Below are positions 9,609-17,193 of a DNA stretch of 32,000 nt, one piece after another. The notes under the pieces are model-generated. The model had not been told where the DNA came from. It searched no databases and saw nothing but the letters and a program-made list of their open reading frames with translations. Position 1 is the first letter of the stretch. Each line of letters starts with the position of its first letter. This DNA comes from Candidatus Pacearchaeota archaeon (GTDB lineage: Archaea; Nanobdellota; Nanobdellia; Pacearchaeales; UBA284), in the NCBI GenBank assembly GCA_026016245.1, contig CP061211.1, positions 60,001-92,000 on the forward strand, read 5' to 3'. A program made the translations under genes and the position numbers.

Positions 9609-9935
9609 ATGGAAGATAATGCAATAAAAAGAGTGTATAAATCTAGAAGAATTGTTGTTCATCCTGATGTTGTTGATAGATCAAGAAACTGCGGAATAGG
9701 ACGTTCTCTTTGTATGAATGTCAGCACAAGAGAAATTTCAGAATTATATGATTTAGGGAAAATAGTAAGAACTGAAAAAGAAAAACAATATTTCTTCAAT
9801 AAAGATCCTGCAAGTCAATTTTGTAAAGATTTTTTTGAATTAATGATATTATATGAAATAACAAAGAAAAAAATAAAAAAATATTTTGAAAAACTAAATT
9901 TTAAAAAAACAAAAAATGAGAAAACCAACATATGA
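9609..9935 (+). CDS. hypothetical protein
   Basis: 108-aa ORF with ATG start, overlapping the next gene by 20 nt. No recognisable motifs. Confidence 0.35.
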   Translation: MEDNAIKRVYKSRRIVVHPDVVDRSRNCGIGRSLCMNVSTREISELYDLGKIVRTEKEKQYFFNKDPASQFCKDFFELMILYEITKKKIKKYFEKLNFKKTKNEKTNI

Positions 9936-10461
9936 AGAACAAAACAAGTTTTTAGAATCATATGTAGCACCAATTACATTAGATGCTGATGTTGAACAAG
10001 TTATTGAGAACATCAAAGAGAACAGTAAAGAAGCAAAGTGGAAAAGAGAATATTATGCAAAGAGATTAGATGATGAAAATTTCTTGAAAGAATCAGAAAA
10101 AGCTGGAGTTTTTATATCTCTTGCTTCTATGGATATTAGAGACTGCAGTTCTTTTGAGAAGTTAATGTCTAAAATGAGACATAAAATTAAAGGAACAGAA
10201 GAATATGAGGCAGATCAAATAGACAAAAAACTATTTAATTACAAGTTTATAGGTCCAGAATCTCTTATAAAACTATTTAATTACAAGTTTATAGGTCCAG
10301 AATCTCTTATAAAACTATTTAATTACAAGTTTATAGGTCCAGAATCTCTTCCTGATTGCTTTAAGATTTATTTTAACCATCTAGGAAAAGAAGATAATAG
10401 ACCTTGTCCATGTGGTTCTGGAAAACCTGCTGATAGATGCTGCATAAAAGAAGATAAATAA
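9916..10461 (+). CDS. SEC-C motif protein containing an in-frame perfect tandem repeat
   Basis: C-terminal CPCGSGKPADRCC matches the SEC-C metal-binding motif (SecA C-terminus type). The internal peptide KLFNYKFIGPESLI is repeated three times. Confidence 0.6.
   Translation: MRKPTYEEQNKFLESYVAPITLDADVEQVIENIKENSKEAKWKREYYAKRLDDENFLKESEKAGVFISLASMDIRDCSSFEKLMSKMRHKIKGTEEYEADQIDKKLFNYKFIGPESLIKLFNYKFIGPESLIKLFNYKFIGPESLPDCFKIYFNHLGKEDNRPCPCGSGKPADRCCIKEDK
10228..10350 (+). repeat. perfect 42-bp tandem repeat, about 2.9 copies, in frame inside the CDS
   Basis: Unit aaactatttaattacaagtttataggtccagaatctcttata at 10228-10269 and 10270-10311, plus a partial copy at 10312-10350. No mismatches. Confidence 0.95.
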
Positions 10462-10474
10462 TTTTTTTCTATTT

Positions 10475-11464
10475 TCATAACCACTTAACTTCAACATCAT
10501 CTGTTCTTTCATAAGGATTGATATCAACTTTTTCTATCTCGCATCTCTGTCCAGCCTTAAACATAAGAATGCCAAGCCAAGCAATCATTGTGGCATTGTC
10601 TGTCAAAAATTCATTAGGAGGGCAGAAGAATTTAGCATCTCGTTCCTTACACATAATCTTGCACATTTCTTGAAGTCTTGTATTGCAAGCAACACCCCCA
10701 CCTAATAACAACTCTTTTTTCTTGAGATGTGCCATTGCTCTTTCAGATACTTCAACTAACATGGCAAAAGCATGTTCCTGCAATGAAAAAGAAAGCTCTT
10801 CAATTTTATTTCCTTTATCATATTTTTGCTTTAAATTAGTGAGCAGGCCAGAGAAGGCAACATCCATGCCTTTCACAGAATAAGGAAGCTCAATAAAGTT
10901 ATTAGATTTTTTAGCAAGTTCAGCAATTCTTGGGCCGCCAGGAAAGCCCAATCCTATATATCTTGCAAATGAATCAATAAAATTACCTACTCCAATGTCA
11001 AGAGTTTCACCAAAAATTCTGTATTTGCCAGAAGCATAGCTTATCACTTGTGTATTAGCTCCTGAAACATATAACAAGACAGGATCTTTTGCTTTTGTAA
11101 GAAGCTTGCCAATTTCAAGATGAGCAATGCAATGATTTACTGGAATTAAAGGGATATTCAATTTTTTAGCCAGTTCTTTTGCAAACCTCATTCCTTGAAG
11201 TAAGCAAGGAGCAATACCAGGACCTTGAGAAAAAGAGATAATATTAATATCATTAAGAGCTAAGCCTGCCTCATTCAAAGCATCATTTAATATTTTATCT
11301 TTAATTTTTTTATGATGCTTTGCTGCTTCATTAGGAATTATACCTCCTTTTTTTGTTGTATAGGAATCTCTAACATTAGCTAATACTTTTCCTTTGCTAT
11401 CTATAATACCTACACCAAATGTATGGGCAGTGCTTTCTATTCCCAAGCAAACCAATTTTTTCAT
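10475..11464 (-). CDS. kae1: tRNA N6-adenosine threonylcarbamoyltransferase Kae1
   Basis: N-terminus CLGIESTAHTFGVGII, VNHCIAHLEIG (metal-binding His pair), LYVSGANTQV and GGGVACNTRL are Kae1/OSGEP signatures. 329 aa, with no fused Bud32 domain. Confidence 0.9.
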   Translation of the reverse strand: MKKLVCLGIESTAHTFGVGIIDSKGKVLANVRDSYTTKKGGIIPNEAAKHHKKIKDKILNDALNEAGLALNDINIISFSQGPGIAPCLLQGMRFAKELAKKLNIPLIPVNHCIAHLEIGKLLTKAKDPVLLYVSGANTQVISYASGKYRIFGETLDIGVGNFIDSFARYIGLGFPGGPRIAELAKKSNNFIELPYSVKGMDVAFSGLLTNLKQKYDKGNKIEELSFSLQEHAFAMLVEVSERAMAHLKKKELLLGGGVACNTRLQEMCKIMCKERDAKFFCPPNEFLTDNATMIAWLGILMFKAGQRCEIEKVDINPYERTDDVEVKWL

Positions 11465-11581
11465 AACAGATTGAGAGGAAAATAACTTTTATATTTTACT
11501 AAACTAAAAAGCTATAAAAGTTTGTTATATTCAATCGCTACGGGGCAAAACTTTATTAATGAATCTTATTTTTATTAATAT

Positions 11582-11932
11582 ATGAAGATAACTATTTGTT
11601 GTTCAAAAAAATATTTTCCAGAAATTCAAAAGTTTTTAGGAAGTTTAAATGATTCTAAAAATGAATTTTTAACTCCTGATTTGAATTTTATGGGTGAAAT
11701 AAATGAGACGACAAAAAGGAAGCTTTCCGATGTCCATCATGAAAAAATTAGGAGTAGTGATGCAATATATATTTACAATCCAAATAACGAAATTGGCCGA
11801 AGTACTAATTTAGAGATGGGATTTGCCATCGCATTAAATAAAAAAATCTTTGCATTCAAAAAAATAGGAGAACCTGGTTTAGATTGTTTTATAGAGAAAT
11901 TATTAACATTAGAAGAGTTAACAAAATTATAG
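11582..11932 (+). CDS. nucleoside 2-deoxyribosyltransferase-like (Rossmann-like) small protein
   Basis: SDAIYIYNPNNEIGRSTNLEMGFAIALNKKIFAF resembles the sD-(x)n-G-x-x-x-E-x-G-x-A core of the NDT/DUF4406 family. Bracketed by an 11-bp inverted repeat. Confidence 0.4.
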   Translation: MKITICCSKKYFPEIQKFLGSLNDSKNEFLTPDLNFMGEINETTKRKLSDVHHEKIRSSDAIYIYNPNNEIGRSTNLEMGFAIALNKKIFAFKKIGEPGLDCFIEKLLTLEELTKL

Positions 11933-12012
11933 TTTTGCCCCTTCACGACTCTGGATTTTTCCCTTCGGGGACGTTGCACTAAAATTTTACCCTTCAGAGA
12001 ATATAACAGGAA

Positions 12013-12285
12013 TTAAGTACATCTTTTCCTATGTACATTCAAATATCTCCTCAAGAAATAATTCACAAAGCCATCTTCATCTTTTTGTAATGCTTTATAA
12101 TATGCTCGCCTTTTAGCATACTTAATGATTAACATTGGATAATTATTATACCACAAAATATGATTCATGATCAATCGACCAATCCTTCCATTCCCATCCC
12201 CAAATGGATGGATTTTCTCAAATTTGTAATGAGCTCTGGCAGCTAGCTCTACAGGATTCTTGTGGCAAGCTATTACACCAAGCAT
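12013..12285 (-). pseudogene. 5'-truncated Fic/DOC-family gene remnant
   Basis: Intact Fic motif HPFGDGNGRIGR, but only about 90 aa remain (core helix to C-terminus). The upstream region has no continuation of the N-terminal Fic helices in any frame I read. Confidence 0.6.
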
Positions 12286-12405
12286 GGCTTTTGTTTATGC
12301 TACTGTTATTAGTCTTCTTTCAGTAATTTTATTTCTTGCGCATAAATAACTAGACAGAAAGTTTATATACTCCTTTTGTGCAGTAAAAAAAGGCTTTGGT
12401 AGAAG

Positions 12406-13311
12406 ATGTCAAAAAAATCATACAAATCCAAAAAATATTATAAGCAATTAGTTGAGGAAGCAGGTATCGCTATTTTAATTGATGACGAAAAAGGGAATTT
12501 CAGATTTGGTAATAAAAAATTTGCAGAGCTTTTTGGTTATTCTACAGGAGGGATATTAAAAAAATCAATAAAAGATATTGTTCATCCTGATGATGTTGAA
12601 AGAGTTATGGAAATCCACAGAACAAGAGTTAGAGGAGAAAAAGTTCCTTCAAATTATGAATTTAAAGGTATAACAAAAGATAAAAAACCTATATGGTTAG
12701 AAATACACGCTGAACAGTTAAGAGAGAAAGACAAGATAGTAGGAACTCGTTCTTTTATCTGGGAAATTACTGATCGTAAGAAAAAAGAAGAGTATATGGT
12801 TTATTTAGCTTATCATGATGTTCTTACAGGCTTGGCTAATAGGTGGTTGTTGTATGATAAGTTTGATTCAGAGTTAACTCATATAAGCCGTCACAATCTT
12901 AAAGATATTTTAATGTCTGTAATGTATCTTGATTTGGATTATTTTAAGGATATTAATGATAATTTAGGACATAACACTGGGGATATGTTATTAAGGGATG
13001 CAGCAAGAAAATTAGAAAAATGTGTTAGAAAGGGCGATACTTTAGCTCGTCTTGGAGGAGATGAGTTTTTAATTCTATATACTAATGTTACAAAAAAAGA
13101 AGATATTAAATTTTTAGCAGATAAAGTCTATGAAGTTTTTCAAAAACCATTTAATATTAGTAATAAAAAAATAAACATGACTACTAGCATGGGTATTTCA
13201 GTATATCCTAATGATAGTGAAGAGATAGAACAGTTAATTGATAATGCTGATAAAGCACTTTATGTCGCTAAAAGGAAAGGAAGAAATAGGTATGAATTTT
13301 TCAGCCAATAA
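12406..13311 (+). CDS. PAS-GGDEF diguanylate cyclase
   Basis: N-terminal PAS-like region (FGYSTGGILKKSIKDIVHPDDVERV...WLEIHAE). GGDEF domain has YLDLDYFKDINDNLGHNTGDMLL, an intact RLGGDEF active site and RKGD (RxxD I-site) five residues upstream. Confidence 0.85.
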   Translation: MSKKSYKSKKYYKQLVEEAGIAILIDDEKGNFRFGNKKFAELFGYSTGGILKKSIKDIVHPDDVERVMEIHRTRVRGEKVPSNYEFKGITKDKKPIWLEIHAEQLREKDKIVGTRSFIWEITDRKKKEEYMVYLAYHDVLTGLANRWLLYDKFDSELTHISRHNLKDILMSVMYLDLDYFKDINDNLGHNTGDMLLRDAARKLEKCVRKGDTLARLGGDEFLILYTNVTKKEDIKFLADKVYEVFQKPFNISNKKINMTTSMGISVYPNDSEEIEQLIDNADKALYVAKRKGRNRYEFFSQ

Positions 13312-13344
13312 ATAATAATAGAATAAAAAATTAGCTAAGGGAAA

Positions 13345-13713
13345 ATGTCAAAAAGTATTTTGATTGTTGAAGATGAAGGAATCGTAGCAATGGATATAAA
13401 AAGAACTTTGCAAGGTTTTGGATACTCAGTTATTGGTATTGTGCCTTCTGGGGAAGAAGCTATTGAAAAAGTAAAAAATGCTTGTCTTGATTTAATACTT
13501 ATGAATATATCATTAAGAGGAAATATGGATGGTATTGAAGCTGTTGAAAAAATACATGAGAATTCTGATATTCCTATTATTTACATTACAGGACACTTTA
13601 ATGACGAGCTTTATGAGCGAGCAAAAAAGACAAAACATTTTAGATATTTAAAAAAACCATTGAATACAGAAGAGTTACAAAAAACCATAGAAGCAGCATT
13701 CTGCAAAAAATAA
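13345..13713 (+). CDS. CheY-like receiver domain protein with Asn at the phospho-acceptor position
   Basis: ILIVEDEG (acidic pocket), IIYITGH (Thr) and YLKKP (Lys) are conserved, but the segment DLILMNISLRGNMDG has N where DLILLD normally places the acceptor Asp. Confidence 0.8.
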   Translation: MSKSILIVEDEGIVAMDIKRTLQGFGYSVIGIVPSGEEAIEKVKNACLDLILMNISLRGNMDGIEAVEKIHENSDIPIIYITGHFNDELYERAKKTKHFRYLKKPLNTEELQKTIEAAFCKK

Positions 13714-13750
13714 AATATAAAAATAAAAAAAGAAAAATTAAATCTGGGGT

Positions 13751-13903
13751 TTACTTCTTTTTCTTCTTCTTTTTGGCCTTCTTTTTTTTCTTTTTTCTTC
13801 CACCACGAGCCATTTTTGCTTCACAGACATTACCTTTTCCGTCGATGTAGTATAAGTATCCTTTCTTTCTTTTTACTGCGCCTTTAACAAGAACTTTTCC
13901 CAT
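13751..13903 (-). CDS. small lysine-rich protein (50 aa; below ORF-track cutoff)
   Basis: Manual translation: MGKVLVKGAVKRKKGYLYYIDGKGNVCEAKMARGGRKKKKKKAKKKKKKK. Strong SD AGGAGGT lies 9 nt upstream of the ATG. The GYLYYIDGKGNV core looks like a conserved small beta-hairpin motif. Confidence 0.55.
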   Translation of the reverse strand: MGKVLVKGAVKRKKGYLYYIDGKGNVCEAKMARGGRKKKKKKAKKKKKKK

Positions 13904-13985
13904 TTTTTATTTAACCTCCTTTTGATTTAAATTGACCTTAGCCATTTAATTAATAATTTAAGGCAGAACTATTATTTAAATCTTT

Positions 13986-14369
13986 CTATTCTCCGTCGAT
14001 AGATTTTTTGTATCTGCTGAATAGTCTCTTTATTCTTGCTTTTGTTATGACATTATGGTGCCTGAAACCGCCGCCAAAGCTCTTCGGTATATGCAACAAT
14101 TCATGAATCAAGGTTTTAAGCTTCTCTTCCTCGCTTTGTTTATCAAAATTTTTACTTATCACTTCTATTATATAAGCTGGTTCTGCCCCGAGAGAGAGCT
14201 GCATCACCTTCGGTAATGAATGGCATCGAGCTATTATTCCTCTAGATTTTGAACCATGACTTCTCAAACAAAATATTCTGTCTTTGTTAAGATGCCCCAT
14301 ATCTAAAATATTAATTATCAAATCTATTTTTCTCTTGATATCTGGAGCATCTTCATATTTTATTCTCAT
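13986..14369 (-). CDS. small predicted Zn-metallopeptidase (HExxH)
   Basis: LIHELLHIPKSFGGGFRHH contains HExxH plus downstream His residues. Resembles the small archaeal predicted-metallopeptidase family (COG4900-like, from memory). ATGA overlap with the upstream gene. Confidence 0.55.
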   Translation of the reverse strand: MRIKYEDAPDIKRKIDLIINILDMGHLNKDRIFCLRSHGSKSRGIIARCHSLPKVMQLSLGAEPAYIIEVISKNFDKQSEEEKLKTLIHELLHIPKSFGGGFRHHNVITKARIKRLFSRYKKSIDGE

Positions 14370-15247
14370 TTTTTGAATTTTACCCTTATCTTACTATCTC
14401 TTATAGTAATCATAGCATATTTACCATACTTGGCTGCTCCTGGATTTATGATAAGGGTTTTTCCTATTTTATCTTGTCCTTGGTTTTCATGCATGTGACC
14501 AGCCACACACAATAAAGGTTTATGCTTTTCTATTATTTTACGAGTAAGATAAGAACCATAATGTTTTCCTTTAGCTAATTTATGTGCTCCTTTTGCCCTT
14601 ATTAAATCAAGTTTTGTTTTGTATGGAACATTATGAGAAATAAAAATAAAATTTTTCCTATCTATTTTTTTTATTTCTTTCTCTATTCTCTTTTTTTGAT
14701 TTCTATAATCTTTCAATCTTAATCTTAATTTATCTTTCATTCTAGGTTTAATACCATAATAAGAACTTCTTGGATAACCCACAAAATAAAGATTTTCAAA
14801 ATTTACTAACTTATAGTCAGCAACTTTTATTTTATGCTTTTTAAGAAGAGGAGTAATTAAATCTTTTTTGTGCAATCTTCTTCTACGGGGGCTGGAAATT
14901 TCACCTATATCTCTATAAGTAGTTAGGTCTATATTTCCTGTGACTGATATTGCTGGTATATTTAAATTACCTATATAAACAATAACTTTCTTCCCATCTC
15001 TTAAATTTTTTTTTGTGAATTCTTTTTGTTTTTTCTTTCCTATTACTTGCCATAATGGTTTGTCTGTCCCATAAGAATATTTGAAAATAAGTTTTCTTTC
15101 ATAAAGAGGACAGAAATCTCCCGGACTTATGATTAAATCTGGTTTTTCTTTTTTGATTACTTTTTTTATGAAATAAGGGATTTTTCCATGAAAGTCGCCA
15201 ATTGCTAAGATCTTTATCTCTTTCATTTTGGTAAGTTTCTTGCCCAT
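14366..15247 (-). CDS. calcineurin-like metallophosphoesterase
   Basis: Motifs in canonical order: ILAIGDFHG, SPGDF, VTGNID, ISHNVP, AGHMHE. Has a basic insertion, KPRMKDKLRLRLKDYRNQKKRIEKEIKK. Confidence 0.8.
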   Translation of the reverse strand: MGKKLTKMKEIKILAIGDFHGKIPYFIKKVIKKEKPDLIISPGDFCPLYERKLIFKYSYGTDKPLWQVIGKKKQKEFTKKNLRDGKKVIVYIGNLNIPAISVTGNIDLTTYRDIGEISSPRRRRLHKKDLITPLLKKHKIKVADYKLVNFENLYFVGYPRSSYYGIKPRMKDKLRLRLKDYRNQKKRIEKEIKKIDRKNFIFISHNVPYKTKLDLIRAKGAHKLAKGKHYGSYLTRKIIEKHKPLLCVAGHMHENQGQDKIGKTLIINPGAAKYGKYAMITIRDSKIRVKFKK

Positions 15248-16101
15248 CTGTTGAGATTTTTTATTACTTTTTCTGGTGTTAATGATTCAAGTTTTTTAAC
15301 AAGAGTTTTGTCTTGCAACATTTTTTCATTGAGTGGAACTGAGATGCCATCCACTTCTTTTGGACTTTTCATATGCAGACTAAAAGGACATCTTGCTAGT
15401 TTTCCACTTGGTGTCTGGCTTGGATCTATTATTATTGTATTAAAAGTTTTTTCATGTCCCCCTTTTACTTTTATTTTTGTTTCTTTGCTGATTTTTTGAG
15501 CCCATCTTCCTGTGAAACTTTCCAAAGGCTTATCTTTTTTACAACTTATGTATTTTTGATAGAAACTTTGTGGCACAGCCTTGTTTAGCATTAAATAGAG
15601 ATGAAAACTCTTGCCTGTCCACATCAAGAAAGTTTTGAACTTGATTAATTTTTTAAATTCTTTATCACTCCTTATTGTTTTTATTAAAGCTATGATAACT
15701 TGTTGGGTTTGCTGCGCTGTTGTTCCTTTTCCTCTATCAATATCAAAGAAAATTCTGTCTATTGGCTTGCCTTTTCCTTCCCTGTTGGTGGCATAGAAAA
15801 AATCTATTAGTTTGGCTTGAGGAAAATATCCCCATATCTTATCTTGCTGTTTTGTTATCTTGTCTCTTGCTCTTTTTAGATTAGTCTTACTTCTTAATTC
15901 TAAGAGTTTATTATCCACAACACTGAATTCTTCAATGTATAAAGGTTGGGCTTTGGAGCCTCTTTTTATGAAAAAACCAAAAGGAAGCCATACTTTTGAT
16001 GCAATTTCCTTGTTTTTCAGAAAATTTTTTAGTTTATTTGCGATAGCACTATAGTATGAAAGAACGTCAGTCTTGCCAAAAGGTTTGAGTATATCTTGCA
16101 T
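15223..16101 (-). CDS. AEP-superfamily primase-polymerase, LigD polymerase-domain-like
   Basis: GKTDVLSYYSAIANKLKNFLKNK (compare LigD-Pol TKxDlxxYYxxVAxxMLxHL), motif I FFDIDRG (DxD), motif II WTGKSFHLYL (SGxxGxH-like), motif III IIIDPSQTPSGKLARCPFSLH (compare vDxxQNxxgkTxxaPYSLR). 25-nt overlap with the downstream phosphoesterase gene. Confidence 0.7.
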   Translation of the reverse strand: MQDILKPFGKTDVLSYYSAIANKLKNFLKNKEIASKVWLPFGFFIKRGSKAQPLYIEEFSVVDNKLLELRSKTNLKRARDKITKQQDKIWGYFPQAKLIDFFYATNREGKGKPIDRIFFDIDRGKGTTAQQTQQVIIALIKTIRSDKEFKKLIKFKTFLMWTGKSFHLYLMLNKAVPQSFYQKYISCKKDKPLESFTGRWAQKISKETKIKVKGGHEKTFNTIIIDPSQTPSGKLARCPFSLHMKSPKEVDGISVPLNEKMLQDKTLVKKLESLTPEKVIKNLNRWARNLPK

Positions 16102-16171
16102 GTTTGTAAAATGTAAGAAACATTTATAAATATATACGAAAATTAACTTATATCAGATTATAGAGGGTAAA

Positions 16172-16594
16172 ATGGGAATGTTGAATGCTCGAAAAATTAA
16201 GAAGAAAAGGAAGAAGTTCCGTTGGTCTAGTCAGAAGTATAAAAAAAGATTATTGAAATTAAAGGAAAAGTCTGACCCTCTTCAAGGCACAAGCCAGGCT
16301 AAAGGAATTGTTTTAGAAAAGGTGCAATTTGAAGCAAAGCAGCCAAACTCTGCTATGAGAAAGTGTGTTAGAGTCCAGCTTATTAAGAATGGAAGGCAAG
16401 TCACTGCCTATGTTCCTGGCAATCTAGCTTCTAAGTTTATTGACGAGCACGATGAGGTTATGATAGAAGCTATTGGAGGAAAACAAGGAAGAGCTAAAGG
16501 AGATATCCCTTGTGTTAGATATACTGTTATCAAGGTAAATGACCAGCCTCTTGCGATGTTAGTTAGAGGTAAGATAGAGAAAGGTGGAAGATAA
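16172..16594 (+). CDS. rps12: 30S ribosomal protein S12 (uS12)
   Basis: [12 protein letters not shown]...[39 protein letters not shown]...GDIPCVRY is canonical archaeal S12. Confidence 0.95.
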   Translation: MGMLNARKIKKKRKKFRWSSQKYKKRLLKLKEKSDPLQGTSQAKGIVLEKVQFEAKQPNSAMRKCVRVQLIKNGRQVTAYVPGNLASKFIDEHDEVMIEAIGGKQGRAKGDIPCVRYTVIKVNDQPLAMLVRGKIEKGGR

Positions 16595-16604
16595 AGAGAA
16601 TAAG

Positions 16605-17189
16605 ATGAAAATTTTTGATTTATATGGTACTGAAGATGTGAAAATTGAGGATTTTGGTTTGAAGAGATATATTAATCTAGATATAAAACTAGTGTTAAAA
16701 TCCAGAGGAAGATATCGTGAGAGATTTGGTAAGGCTAAGGTAAATATTGTTGAGAGGCTGATAAATATTGTTGCTGTTCCAGGTCATAGAGGAAAGAAAC
16801 ACAAAATTATGACCAAATCTTGTGGTAAGTATACAAAAGGAGCTAATATTGTGCTAGGGGCTTTTAAGATTATTGAGGAAAGAACCAAAGAAAATCCTAT
16901 TCAAGTTCTTGTTAGAGCTGTAGAGAAAGCTGCTCCAAGAGATGAAATAACAACTATAGAGTATGGGGGTGCTAGATATCCTCAAGCAACTGATAGCGCA
17001 CCTCTTAGAAGATTAAATGTTGCCTTAAAGCATATTGTTCATGGAGCTTACGATAAAGCTTTTGCCAAAAAAAAGAAGATTCCTGAAACACTTGCAAATG
17101 AAATCATTCTTGCGTCTAAAGGGACTAATGAGAGTTTTGCTATAACCAAAAAAATTGAAACAGAAAAACAAGCTGATTCTGCACGTTAA
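16605..17189 (+). CDS. rps7: 30S ribosomal protein S7 (uS7)
   Basis: MKIFDLYG...DFGLKRYINL...VERLINIVAV...AVEKAAPRDEITTIEYGGARYPQA is archaeal S7. The track start at 16584 is a GTG overlapping the S12 stop, so ATG 16605 is preferred. Confidence 0.9.
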   Translation: MKIFDLYGTEDVKIEDFGLKRYINLDIKLVLKSRGRYRERFGKAKVNIVERLINIVAVPGHRGKKHKIMTKSCGKYTKGANIVLGAFKIIEERTKENPIQVLVRAVEKAAPRDEITTIEYGGARYPQATDSAPLRRLNVALKHIVHGAYDKAFAKKKKIPETLANEIILASKGTNESFAITKKIETEKQADSAR

Positions 17190-17193
17190 AAAG

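Noticed and set aside
10228-10350. Possible CRISPR-like array because of perfect direct repeats
   Set aside because: The repeats are contiguous with no spacers, stay in frame within a CDS, and there are no cas genes in the window. It is a coding tandem repeat, not CRISPR.
16102-16171. Divergent-gene junction (strand switch) as a possible replication origin
   Set aside because: The intergenic region is only 70 bp, there are no ORB-like repeats, and no cdc6/orc1 gene is nearby. It is better explained as a shared bidirectional promoter region (TATA-like catttataaatat).
17155-17193. N-terminal extensions proposed by the ORF track (aEF-2 at 17155; also 19661, 24235, 22646, 20166, 16584, 27981, 7769)
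   Set aside because: These starts overlap the preceding gene and/or use TTG or GTG. Internal ATG codons just after the upstream stop, several with SD-like GGAGG/GAGG, yield N-termini matching the known families.
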